Origin: Prevotella sp.
GTDB lineage: Bacteria; Bacteroidota; Bacteroidia; Bacteroidales; Bacteroidaceae
DNA length: 41,491 bases
Assembly: GCA_017423565.1 (NCBI GenBank)
Contig: JAFPED010000047.1
Location: 1-41,491, forward strand
Reading direction: 5' to 3'
Notes under the pieces: generated by a model
Databases searched by the model: none
What the model saw: the letters and a program-made list of their open reading frames with translations, nothing else
What the model was told of the DNA's origin: nothing
Shown: piece after piece, positions 19,207 through 28,520 of the stretch
Position numbering within the stretch: the first letter of the stretch is position 1
Layout of the letters: every line of letters begins with the position of its first letter
Position numbers and translations under genes: made by a program

Positions 19207-20735
19207 AACAGGAATCAGTAGTAATCATAGGTGCTGGGCTTGGTGGACTATTTACTGGTGCCATACTGGCCAAGGAAGGGTACAGCGTTACACTTCTGGA
19301 ACAGAACGCCACTATAGGCGGAGGACTGCAGACGTTTGAGCGTTTTGGTGAAGTCTTTGATACTGGTATGCATGTCATTGGAGGCATGCGCCAAGGAGGA
19401 AACATCCGCAAAATATGCAATTATTTAGGTATCTTAGACAAAGTAAAGCTGATGGATGTTGATGCAACATGCACGGACCGTCTCTATTTTGCCGAAGACC
19501 AGACATTCTATACGATATCACAAGGACGTGAAGGTTTTGTCGATTCACTTGCGCAACAATTTCCAGAGGAGAAAACTAATCTGGAACGTTATGTTGATGC
19601 CGTTTTCAGTTTAACGGAACAGATAGACTTATTTAACTTACGTCCTTCGGAGGACTATCTCAATCTGTTTGCTCATTCGGAAGCATTTTTGACATCTGCT
19701 GACGACTTTATTGCTCAATTTGTTGACTCGCCAAAACTACGCAGTGTTTTGGCTTACATGAATCCTTTATATGGTGGGAAGGCCCACCAGACACCAGCCT
19801 ATATTCATGCCATCATCAGTACACTATACATCACGGGAGCCAGTCGATTTATTGATGGTAGCAGCCACTTTGCCGATTTGTTGGCAAATGTGATAACAAG
19901 CCACGGAGGGGCCATCTACCCTGGTGACGGAGTAAAATGGATAGAGGTAAACAGCGAAAGGAAAATAGAATATGTCAGAACAATTAAAGGTAAGCAATAC
20001 AAAGCCGACTATTACATTTCTGACATTCATCCCTGTACTTTGTTACGTCTAATGGATGCAAAGGCGTTCCCCAAATCCTATAGAGAACGTTTAGATTCCA
20101 TACCCAACACTTTCTCTGCTTTTTCACTCTATATCAAACTGAAAGAAGATAGCTTCCCCTACTTGAATTATTCAGAATATTACATGACACGCTACGACGA
20201 CATTTGGAATTTTGATAATACAGACAAGCCATGGCCATTAGGATTCCTCTTTATGACACCACCGGTCAGTCCACAAGGTGCATATAGTCGTAAAGCTTTG
20301 GTTACAGCTCCTATGCCTTTCGACATAGTCAGACGCTTCGATGTCGATGGTACACGTAAGCGTGGGGAAGGATATAGTCAATGGAAACAGGAAATGGCAG
20401 ATCGGCTGCTGGCACTCATAGAAGAAATACACCCTGGATTCCAGCAATGCATAGAAGCTGTCAACACTGCATCACCACTCACCATACGTGACTATTTTGG
20501 AGCCAAGGAAGGTACCATCTGCGGCTTTAGCAAGGACTGTAGGAACATGACCCTGTCACAAGTACCTGTAGTAACTAAAATCAAGAACCTGTTACTGACA
20601 GGTCAGAACAATAACCTGCATGGTTTCTGTGGAGTCCCCCTCACAGCCATCAATACGAGTGAAGTGCTCCTTGGGAAAAACTATGTCATCAATCGTATTA
20701 ACGCATGCAACGAACATTCTTCATCTATCTCTTGA
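19203..20735 (+). CDS. FAD-dependent oxidoreductase, phytoene desaturase/retinol saturase family (second paralog)
   Basis: IIGAGLGGL, FDTGMH, ASPLT...GTICG, TGQNNNLHG. Confidence 0.87.
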   Translation: MKQESVVIIGAGLGGLFTGAILAKEGYSVTLLEQNATIGGGLQTFERFGEVFDTGMHVIGGMRQGGNIRKICNYLGILDKVKLMDVDATCTDRLYFAEDQTFYTISQGREGFVDSLAQQFPEEKTNLERYVDAVFSLTEQIDLFNLRPSEDYLNLFAHSEAFLTSADDFIAQFVDSPKLRSVLAYMNPLYGGKAHQTPAYIHAIISTLYITGASRFIDGSSHFADLLANVITSHGGAIYPGDGVKWIEVNSERKIEYVRTIKGKQYKADYYISDIHPCTLLRLMDAKAFPKSYRERLDSIPNTFSAFSLYIKLKEDSFPYLNYSEYYMTRYDDIWNFDNTDKPWPLGFLFMTPPVSPQGAYSRKALVTAPMPFDIVRRFDVDGTRKRGEGYSQWKQEMADRLLALIEEIHPGFQQCIEAVNTASPLTIRDYFGAKEGTICGFSKDCRNMTLSQVPVVTKIKNLLLTGQNNNLHGFCGVPLTAINTSEVLLGKNYVINRINACNEHSSSIS

Positions 20736-21508
20736 CCCTGAGCATCCTTGTGCCAATAAACGCACAGCGCCTGACGTCATTTTTGGCACCAGGCACTGAC
20801 AATACGGCCATTGTAGTATGTCCTGGTGGCAGTTACTTTTGGCACGACACCAAGACGGAGGGAACAGACGTGGCACAGTGGTTACAGCAACAGGGCATCA
20901 GTGCCTTTGTTCTCGACTATCGAACAGGTGGCGTGCCAGCATTCATTCTGCATTTCCGGCTCTTGTTTCGTGGAAATCGCTATCCTGACGCACAGGACGA
21001 CCTAAGAGAAGCACTCCAACACATCCGTCAACATGCTACAGAAATGGGCATTAACCCTAAGCACATCGGAGTTATGGGATTCTCTGCAGGAGGCCATCTG
21101 GCAATGTCGGCTGCAGAGCTATTTCCTCAGGAGGAACGTCCTTCTTTCGTTGCTGCCATCTATCCAGTCGTTACCATGACAGAACCATGTGTCCACAAAC
21201 GTTCTCGAAGAGGTTTACTGGGAGACTCAAGAGTCAGAAATGAGCAGTTATGCGACCTGTTGTCTCTGGAACGTCATGTCCCAGATGACTGCCCCCCTGT
21301 TTTTATTGTTAACTGCAAAGATGACCCTGTCGTACACTATCACAATTCAGAATTGCTTGACGATGCCCTGACTGCTCATGGCATAGCTCATCAATACATA
21401 CAATATACCACTGGAGGCCATGGCTTTGGAACCAGCGACACAAAGGGTTCCGATGAAAGCCGCCAGTGGAAAGAACAATTTATAGAATGGCTTAACACAC
21501 TTTTTTAA
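20705..21508 (+). CDS. Secreted alpha/beta hydrolase (esterase)
   Basis: Signal peptide, CPGGSY, GFSAGG nucleophile, DDPVV, GGHGFG. Confidence 0.85.
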   Translation: MQRTFFIYLLTLSILVPINAQRLTSFLAPGTDNTAIVVCPGGSYFWHDTKTEGTDVAQWLQQQGISAFVLDYRTGGVPAFILHFRLLFRGNRYPDAQDDLREALQHIRQHATEMGINPKHIGVMGFSAGGHLAMSAAELFPQEERPSFVAAIYPVVTMTEPCVHKRSRRGLLGDSRVRNEQLCDLLSLERHVPDDCPPVFIVNCKDDPVVHYHNSELLDDALTAHGIAHQYIQYTTGGHGFGTSDTKGSDESRQWKEQFIEWLNTLF

Positions 21509-21509
21509 T

Positions 21510-22640
21510 ATGGAGAAGAACCCAAAGTTTGACGACATCCGGCCTTACTATGAGGACGAGATACCCCAGGCAATGAAACGAATAGCCTACAGTGAGGTAT
21601 TTCCCTTGTTAGCTTCTTACGTCTATCCTGGCGAACCCATTGAGTCTGTACGCGAACGAGTGGCCAGTTTTACTACCACACGCGAGTTTCAGCATGACAC
21701 CATGAAACGTGTTAATGAACAGATTATCAATCGAAGCATCACAGATTTCTCATGTTCTGGACTTGAGCGACTGAGTCCGGACAAGAACTATCTTTATGTG
21801 TCAAATCATCGTGACATCATGCTCGACTCCTGTCTATTACAATATTCGTTCGTCCTCAATGGTTTCGACACGACTGAAATAACTTTTGGAGCTAACCTGA
21901 TGATGAACCCACTGGTGATTGACATAGGGAAAGCCAATAAGATGTTCAAGGTGGAACGTCCAGGAGGCAGCATTAAGGAATTCTACAAAGGGTCATTACA
22001 CTTGTCCGAATATATCCGTTATGTCATTTGCGAGAAGAAACAGTCTGTATGGATAGCACAACGTAATGGCAGGACGAAAAACGGCATCGATGCCACAGAC
22101 CAGGGTATCATCAAGATGTTCTGCATGAGTGAACAAAACGACAAGATCAAAGCCCTTTCTGATTTACATATAGTACCCGTATCCATCTCCTATGAATGGG
22201 AGTCGTGCGACATTTTGAAAGCATTGGAACTTTATGAGTCACAATACACACGCTATACCAAGAAACCAGGAGAAGACCTCAACAGCATACTAACTGGCAT
22301 ACTACAGCCAAAGGGACGTGTACACATAGAACTTTGCCAGCCTATATCCGTCGTTGACCTGTCTGTATTTGAACATCAGACAAACAACGAATACCATAAA
22401 TCTGTTGCTCGCCTTATTGACAGACGCATTAATGCAGCATACCGACTGTACCCTAACAACTACATAGCACACGACATGCTATATGGAAGTACAAAATATA
22501 GGGCGATGTACACTGAAGAGCAACAACTTGCCTTTATGAAACGACTTTCGAGACTCGACAGATATGACGAGACATGTGATGTAGAACAACTAAAAGAGAT
22601 TTTCATCAGCATATACGCCAACCCTATTGACAACAAATGA
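21510..22640 (+). CDS. Glycerolipid acyltransferase (PlsB/PlsC family)
   Basis: SNHRDIMLD (HX4D), WIAQRNGRTKNG. Confidence 0.85.
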   Translation: MEKNPKFDDIRPYYEDEIPQAMKRIAYSEVFPLLASYVYPGEPIESVRERVASFTTTREFQHDTMKRVNEQIINRSITDFSCSGLERLSPDKNYLYVSNHRDIMLDSCLLQYSFVLNGFDTTEITFGANLMMNPLVIDIGKANKMFKVERPGGSIKEFYKGSLHLSEYIRYVICEKKQSVWIAQRNGRTKNGIDATDQGIIKMFCMSEQNDKIKALSDLHIVPVSISYEWESCDILKALELYESQYTRYTKKPGEDLNSILTGILQPKGRVHIELCQPISVVDLSVFEHQTNNEYHKSVARLIDRRINAAYRLYPNNYIAHDMLYGSTKYRAMYTEEQQLAFMKRLSRLDRYDETCDVEQLKEIFISIYANPIDNK

Positions 22641-25090
22641 TTGTACGCATCTACGATTTTCTGAAACAGCATAAGCAATTCAGACTGCTGTCATTACTAC
22701 TGCTAACACTGGCGCTGGCAGCGTTCACTGCTTTGCAAACCTACAAGGAGGACATCTCGGATTTTCTGCCTCTCAACAGCAATTATCACAAGGCTATCGG
22801 TGTCTATCAGGACATATCGGGAGCTAATCGCATTATTGCTATCTTCCAACAGCAGGACACCACACAAGCCAGTCCTGACACAATTACACAGGTCATCGAC
22901 AGGTTTATAACAGCGTTGGAAAGAAACGACAAAGATCATCTTTTAGGCGAAGTAACTTATCAGATTGACATGGAAAAGTTGACTGGCATCTCCGACTTCG
23001 TCTATCAGCATATTCCATACTTCCTGACTGAACAAGACTATGTGCGATTTGACAGTCTTTTAAACAATCAAGAATTTATTGATCGTCAAATAGCAGCCGA
23101 CAAACAACTGCTCATGCTCCCCATGTCAGGACTTTTGTCAACAAACATGGGGAACGACCCCCTCAACTTTTTCACGCCTGTAGTGGAACAACTACAGCAA
23201 TCGGCACCTGCAATAGCATACGAGAACTACGACGGCTATATTTTCACAGCTGACATGCAACGGGCCATTGTCATGTTAACGTCGCCATTCGGAAGTAGCG
23301 AGACGGAAAAGAACTCACAGCTCATGGCTTTATTGCAACAATGTGCTGACGATGCCAAGACCTCTTCTGTTGCCATTCACTTCTCTGGCGGACCAGCAAT
23401 AGCCGTTGGTAATGCCAACCAGATTAAGACTGACAGTCTGTTAGCTGTGTCCATTGCAGTAGTGCTTATCGTTGCATTGCTCTTCGTTGTCTTCAGAAAA
23501 TGGCGTAACCTGTTGCTTATAGTACTTTCTGTGGCATGGGGATGGCTATTTGCCATGGGGTGTCTTGCCATTGTTCGCGACAACGTCTCCATCATTGTCA
23601 TTGGCATGTCATCCATTATTCTTGGCATTGCAGTAAATTATCCTCTTCACCTCATAGCCCACCTGCAACACACCCCAGACATCAGACAGGCACTAAGAGA
23701 AATCGTAAAACCTCTGCTTGTAGGAAACATTACTACCGTAGGGGCATTTCTTGCCCTTGTGCCCATGCACTCCATAGCATTGCGTGACCTTGGTATCTTC
23801 AGTGCATTACTTCTGGTAGGGACTATCTTCTTCGTACTGATTTACCTGCCTCACTTTGTCAAGACTGACACCGCCACAACCCACGAGGTCACACTGCTTA
23901 ACCGTATCAGCAGTCTGACACTGGAAGACAAGCGATGGTTAGTGGCTGTGGTATTGATTCTAACTATCATCTTTGGCTATTTCAGCTTCGACACTAAATT
24001 CGATTCCAACATCAGTCACATCAACTACATGACTGATGAGCAACGAGCTGATTTAGAATATATTAGTACCACAAGCTCCACACCCAACACTCCACTCGAC
24101 AAGAGCTCACTTGCAAGACAAGAACACTCAACCCTCTACCTCGTTTCTACTGGTACGACACTAAACGAAGCACTGGAAAGAAGTGAGCAGGTTCAACCTC
24201 TTATCCAACAATTAAGCAACTGTGGAGCTGTCAGTCAAACGGAGGGACCACAACGGTTCGTAAGCTCAAAAGCAGAACAAGAGCGACGTCTCCAACTTTG
24301 GCAGTCGTTTCTCCAAACGCATCAGCCACAGTTAGAACAGTCGTTGCTCACAGCAGCAAAGCGACAGGGATTCACTCCAGAAAGCTTCAGTCAGTTCACA
24401 AAGTTACTACATACAACGTTCCAACCACAGGAGCCTTCGTATTTCAACCTACTGGCAACAACAGTTTATCCACGAAACATCATTCATCACGATAATGAGT
24501 ATAGTGTGGTCACCATGCTGACAGGCGACACCGATACTCTAAACTCTAAACTAAGCTCACTCCCCACTGGCTCTTATACCTTCGATGTGGAACACATGAA
24601 CGCCAGCATTGCCAATAGCCTTTCCAACGACTTCAACTACATTGGATGGGTGTGTGGAGCTATTGTTTTCTTCTTCCTGTGGTTTTCATTCAGAAACATT
24701 AAACTCGCCATCATCTCCTTCATTCCAATGGCTGTCAGCTGGCTGTGGATATTGGGAATCATGACATTACTCGACATACAGTTCAATGTAGTAAACGTTA
24801 TACTGGCCACATTCATCTTCGGACAGGGTGACGACTACACCATATTCATAACGGAAGGCTGTCTCTACGAACACGTCAACAAACGGCCCATGCTGGCATC
24901 CTATAAAAACAGCATCATCATATCGGCTGTCATCATGTTCATTGGAATAGGAGTACTCATACTTGCTAAGCACCCTGCACTCTACTCACTGGCTCAAGTC
25001 ACTATAGTTGGCATGTCGTCAGTCGTACTCATGGCATGGCTCTTGCCTCCCCTACTCTTCAAATGGCTTATTCACAGAAAACTAATTTAA
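22637..25090 (+). CDS. MMPL/RND family exporter
   Basis: Two TM bundles, GIAVNYPLH and GQGDDY motifs, large extracytoplasmic loops. Confidence 0.87.
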   Translation: MIVRIYDFLKQHKQFRLLSLLLLTLALAAFTALQTYKEDISDFLPLNSNYHKAIGVYQDISGANRIIAIFQQQDTTQASPDTITQVIDRFITALERNDKDHLLGEVTYQIDMEKLTGISDFVYQHIPYFLTEQDYVRFDSLLNNQEFIDRQIAADKQLLMLPMSGLLSTNMGNDPLNFFTPVVEQLQQSAPAIAYENYDGYIFTADMQRAIVMLTSPFGSSETEKNSQLMALLQQCADDAKTSSVAIHFSGGPAIAVGNANQIKTDSLLAVSIAVVLIVALLFVVFRKWRNLLLIVLSVAWGWLFAMGCLAIVRDNVSIIVIGMSSIILGIAVNYPLHLIAHLQHTPDIRQALREIVKPLLVGNITTVGAFLALVPMHSIALRDLGIFSALLLVGTIFFVLIYLPHFVKTDTATTHEVTLLNRISSLTLEDKRWLVAVVLILTIIFGYFSFDTKFDSNISHINYMTDEQRADLEYISTTSSTPNTPLDKSSLARQEHSTLYLVSTGTTLNEALERSEQVQPLIQQLSNCGAVSQTEGPQRFVSSKAEQERRLQLWQSFLQTHQPQLEQSLLTAAKRQGFTPESFSQFTKLLHTTFQPQEPSYFNLLATTVYPRNIIHHDNEYSVVTMLTGDTDTLNSKLSSLPTGSYTFDVEHMNASIANSLSNDFNYIGWVCGAIVFFFLWFSFRNIKLAIISFIPMAVSWLWILGIMTLLDIQFNVVNVILATFIFGQGDDYTIFITEGCLYEHVNKRPMLASYKNSIIISAVIMFIGIGVLILAKHPALYSLAQVTIVGMSSVVLMAWLLPPLLFKWLIHRKLI

Positions 25091-25096
25091 TAAAAT

Positions 25097-25321
25097 ATGA
25101 AAGAACATATCCGACAACTGTTGGAAGAAGCATTGCCACTGGTGGATTTTGATGCAGACTTCCTTTTCAGCGAACTTGACTCTTTAGGTGTTACAACGAT
25201 TCTGATGACACTATCCGACGAGTATGGCATACAGCTCGACGCATCTGATGCCACACCACGAAACCTCAAGTCGCTCGACGCACTTGTGTCACTGGTTCAG
25301 AAAAAACTTGCAGCACAATGA
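25097..25321 (+). CDS. Acyl carrier protein (DltC-like short type)
   Basis: 74 aa, ELDSLG site, TPRNLKSLD. Confidence 0.82.
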   Translation: MKEHIRQLLEEALPLVDFDADFLFSELDSLGVTTILMTLSDEYGIQLDASDATPRNLKSLDALVSLVQKKLAAQ

Positions 25322-26592
25322 TGCATCTCGAGGACTATCTACAACGGCATGCACAACAACAACCAGACAAAATAGCTGCCGTCTCTGCTAACCAGACCAT
25401 ATCCTATGGACAGCTTTGGCAGCAAGTGCAACAGGAGTCAAGACGTTACACCCCTGGAGTGCCTGTACCGTTCACGACAACACAGGACATCAACTTCCTC
25501 ATTACCTACATGGCCATTCACCATGCAGGTGCCATCGCCATACCCCTTCCCTCCATGGTGCCGACAGGTTCTATATGTTGCGACTCTCTACCACCAGGCC
25601 TCGCTGACATTCTGTTCACCACTGGAACCACTGGAACATCCAAGGGTGTCATGATTAGTCATAAAGCACTGATGGCAGATGCAGAAAACCTCATTGAAGG
25701 ACAATTGTTCTGCAACGACCTGACATTCGTCATCAGCGGGCCACTCAACCACATAGGAAGTCTTTCCAAGATATGGCCAGTCATTACGTTAGGAGCTACA
25801 CTCCACATTCTGGAAGGCATGAAGGACCTCAATGCTTTCTTCACAGCACTTTGCTCATATCCAAAGACTGCAACATTCCTTGTGCCTGCCAACACACGCA
25901 TGATTCTGCAACTCTGTCCACAACGACTGGCAGAAGTTGCTCCACACATCGACTTCATTGAGTCTGGAGCAGCACCTTTGCCACACTCAGACATGCAGGA
26001 ACTGTGCCGACTACTGCCTCACGCACGCCTGTACAATACTTATGCTTCAACAGAGACTGGCATCATCAGCACTTACAACTTTAATGACGGACGATGCATC
26101 CCTGGTTGTCTGGGACGCCCCATGAGTCATTCACATATCAGCATCACCTCTGAAGGTCACGTGGCATGCACAGGCGATACACTCATGAGTGGATATACTG
26201 ACACACCAGCAACCGACTGGCACCCACACATCATCACAACATCCGATTTGGGACATCTTGATGATGAAGGCATGCTCAGACTGACAGGGCGCGAGAGCGA
26301 CGTCATCAACGTAGGAGGCTTTAAGGTGGCACCTGCTGAAGTGGAAGAGGCTGCCATGTCATTACCTACTGTCAAGGACTGCATCTGCATAGCCACTCCC
26401 CACCCCATCACAGGACAAGCCCTCAAGCTATTAGTGGTGACCCCACAAGGATGTTCACTCGACAAACGACAGACAGCGCGACAACTCAGCCAGCTGCTGG
26501 AGCCTCACAAAGTGCCAATGCTCTACGAACAGGTTGATCATATCTGTAGGACCTACAACGGCAAACTTGATCGTAAAGCCTACCAACAATAA
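25318..26592 (+). CDS. Acyl-adenylating enzyme (AMP-binding, acyl-CoA/ACP ligase)
   Basis: FTTGTTGTSKG, YASTE, TSDLG, GRESDVINVGGFKV, NGKLDR. Confidence 0.88.
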   Translation: MMHLEDYLQRHAQQQPDKIAAVSANQTISYGQLWQQVQQESRRYTPGVPVPFTTTQDINFLITYMAIHHAGAIAIPLPSMVPTGSICCDSLPPGLADILFTTGTTGTSKGVMISHKALMADAENLIEGQLFCNDLTFVISGPLNHIGSLSKIWPVITLGATLHILEGMKDLNAFFTALCSYPKTATFLVPANTRMILQLCPQRLAEVAPHIDFIESGAAPLPHSDMQELCRLLPHARLYNTYASTETGIISTYNFNDGRCIPGCLGRPMSHSHISITSEGHVACTGDTLMSGYTDTPATDWHPHIITTSDLGHLDDEGMLRLTGRESDVINVGGFKVAPAEVEEAAMSLPTVKDCICIATPHPITGQALKLLVVTPQGCSLDKRQTARQLSQLLEPHKVPMLYEQVDHICRTYNGKLDRKAYQQ

Positions 26593-26633
26593 CTTTTTCT
26601 TACAGAAAAGTTGCAGATGTGTCATTTTCTTTG

Positions 26634-26641
26634 TAACTTTG
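26634..26641 (+). promoter_or_regulatory. -7 promoter element for birA (TAACTTTG)
   Basis: TTG at 26611-26613 with 20-nt spacing; 9 nt before ATG 26651. Confidence 0.6.
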
Positions 26642-26650
26642 CCAAAAGCT

Positions 26651-27379
26651 ATGCAGTTTCAGGTTATCAACATAGAAGAAACAGACTCCACCAATCACTG
26701 GCTGAGAGAACACGGCAAAGGCGACATGGTGGTTGTTGCCGGCTATCAAACAGCTGGCAGAGGATGTGGCACAAATAGTTGGGAAAGTGAACGTGGGAAA
26801 AACCTTACCTTCTCTGTTCTATTGCACCCTACCCATGTGTTAGCAAAAGACCAGTTTATCATTTCCATGGCAAATGCACTGGCACTGGCTGACACGCTTG
26901 ACCATTACACAGACGGCATCAGCATAAAATGGCCGAACGACATTTACTGGAACGACAGTAAGCTGTGTGGCACTCTCATAGAGACACGACTGCAGGGCAA
27001 CCACATACGCGACTGCATCATAGGAACGGGCATCAACGTCAACCAGCAACGTTTTCTCAGCGATGCACCCAATCCTGTATCATTGTACCAACTGACAGGT
27101 CACGACACTGACTTAAAGGAGGTATTAGAAACCTTCCTCTACGAGTTAGGACGATTGTTCGACCACTGGTCTCCTGAACTTATGCGTGAACGCTATCGTC
27201 AGCGTTTGTATAGACGACAAGGGCTGTTCAGCTATCGTGACAAAGAAGGAGTGTTTCTGGCTGAACTGATTACAGTGAGCGATGACGGCACACTACTTTT
27301 ACTCGATGAGTCAGGCAAACGCCACAGTTACCGTTTCAAGGAAGTGACATTTATACAACATAACGAAAAATCCAAATAA
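26651..27379 (+). CDS. birA: Biotin-[acetyl-CoA-carboxylase] ligase (no HTH domain)
   Basis: TDSTN, QTAGRG, IKWPND, KLCGTL, GTGINVN. Confidence 0.92.
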   Translation: MQFQVINIEETDSTNHWLREHGKGDMVVVAGYQTAGRGCGTNSWESERGKNLTFSVLLHPTHVLAKDQFIISMANALALADTLDHYTDGISIKWPNDIYWNDSKLCGTLIETRLQGNHIRDCIIGTGINVNQQRFLSDAPNPVSLYQLTGHDTDLKEVLETFLYELGRLFDHWSPELMRERYRQRLYRRQGLFSYRDKEGVFLAELITVSDDGTLLLLDESGKRHSYRFKEVTFIQHNEKSK

Positions 27380-27396
27380 CGTAACCAAGAAAGAAA

Positions 27397-28104
27397 ATGA
27401 AATTCAAGAGAATCCTCCTCAAGCTCTCAGGCGAGAGCCTCATGGGTCAGCAGGGCTATGGCATTGACCCAGAACGGTTAAACGACTACGCCCGTCAGAT
27501 TAAAGAAGTCAGCGAGATGGGTGTGCAAATAGGTATCGTCATTGGTGGTGGCAACATTTTCCGTGGTCTCAGTGGCAGCCAAAAAGGCTTCGACCGTGTC
27601 AAGGGTGACCAAATGGGCATGTGCGCCACAGTCATCAACTCGTTAGCACTATCATCTGCACTGGGTGCTATAGGTGTAAAGAACAAGGTGCTGACAGCCA
27701 TTCGCATGGAACCCATTGGTGAGTTCTACACCAAGTGGCGTGCCATAGAAGCCATGGAACAAGGATATGTGTGCATCTTCTCTGCAGGAACAGGCTCTCC
27801 TTATTTCACCACAGACACTGGTTCGAGCCTTCGTGGCATTGAGATCGAGGCGGACGTCATGCTCAAGGGAACACGCGTGGACGGTGTCTATACGGCAGAC
27901 CCAGAGAAAGACCCTACAGCAACAAAGTTCGAAGACATTACCTACAAGGAGGTGCTTGCTCGAGGCCTGAAGGTGATGGACCTCACAGCCATTTGCATGT
28001 GTCAGGACAACAACCTGCCCATCTATGTCTTTAACATGGACATTGTAGGAAACCTGAAGAAGGTAATGGAAGGTGAGCAGATAGGCACACTGGTTCACAA
28101 CTAA
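27397..28104 (+). CDS. pyrH: UMP kinase
   Basis: [31 protein letters not shown]. Confidence 0.96.
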   Translation: MKFKRILLKLSGESLMGQQGYGIDPERLNDYARQIKEVSEMGVQIGIVIGGGNIFRGLSGSQKGFDRVKGDQMGMCATVINSLALSSALGAIGVKNKVLTAIRMEPIGEFYTKWRAIEAMEQGYVCIFSAGTGSPYFTTDTGSSLRGIEIEADVMLKGTRVDGVYTADPEKDPTATKFEDITYKEVLARGLKVMDLTAICMCQDNNLPIYVFNMDIVGNLKKVMEGEQIGTLVHN

Positions 28105-28117
28105 AAATGAAAAAAGG

Positions 28118-28150
28118 AAAAGGCACTTCGCTAAGGGAAGTGCCTTTTTT
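28118..28150. terminator. Bidirectional intrinsic terminator between pyrH and the convergent gene
   Basis: aaaaggcacttc-N7-gaagtgcctttt with A and T tracts on either side. Confidence 0.8.
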
Positions 28151-28511
28151 ATTCTTCTGTAAATTCAACATACTCGCCGTCAGAGTCATCGAAAATCTTT
28201 TTGTTCTCTCGATCCTGACGGTGGTCTATAATGACCTCGCCACTCTCTGTCTGGGTGCGACGTGGCTGTGCTTCGTATCCCTGTCCACTGGTGCCATTAG
28301 CCTGACGATTTCTTTGTTCATCAAAGTGATACTGCTGGGCACGTCGTCCTGTGTAGTCATGACTCTGGTGATTATACATCACGTCTTCCATAGCACGTTT
28401 TGTGTCACGCACCCGTTGATAGATGCGGAAGAGTAGTCGCAGAATCATGAAAGTAACTATGACAACAGGAATACCTACTAATATCAAGACTCCCAAGAAA
28501 GCTTTGTCCAT
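28149..28511 (-). CDS. Small membrane protein (DUF4834-like)
   Basis: N-terminal TM, C-terminal KKIFDDSDGEYVEFTE motif; downstream of pssA. Confidence 0.75.
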   Translation of the reverse strand: MDKAFLGVLILVGIPVVIVTFMILRLLFRIYQRVRDTKRAMEDVMYNHQSHDYTGRRAQQYHFDEQRNRQANGTSGQGYEAQPRRTQTESGEVIIDHRQDRENKKIFDDSDGEYVEFTEE

Positions 28512-28520
28512 AGTGCGGTT

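Larger units (their letters stand above)
5568..26592 (+). other. Aryl polyene/flexirubin-related type II PKS/FAS biosynthetic gene cluster
   Basis: 22 co-oriented, abutting or overlapping genes: KR, KS x3, ACP x3, DH x2, TE, MT, acyltransferases, GT2, LolA, MMPL, FAD oxidoreductases, AMP ligase. Confidence 0.85.

Noticed and set aside
17710-20735. Carotenoid biosynthesis
   Set aside because: No crtB, crtE or crtY nearby; context is type II PKS/FAS
26591-26612. Hairpin after the ligase gene as the cluster terminator or attR
   Set aside because: Weak A/T stem with no U-tract; no similarity to the tRNA-Lys 3' end
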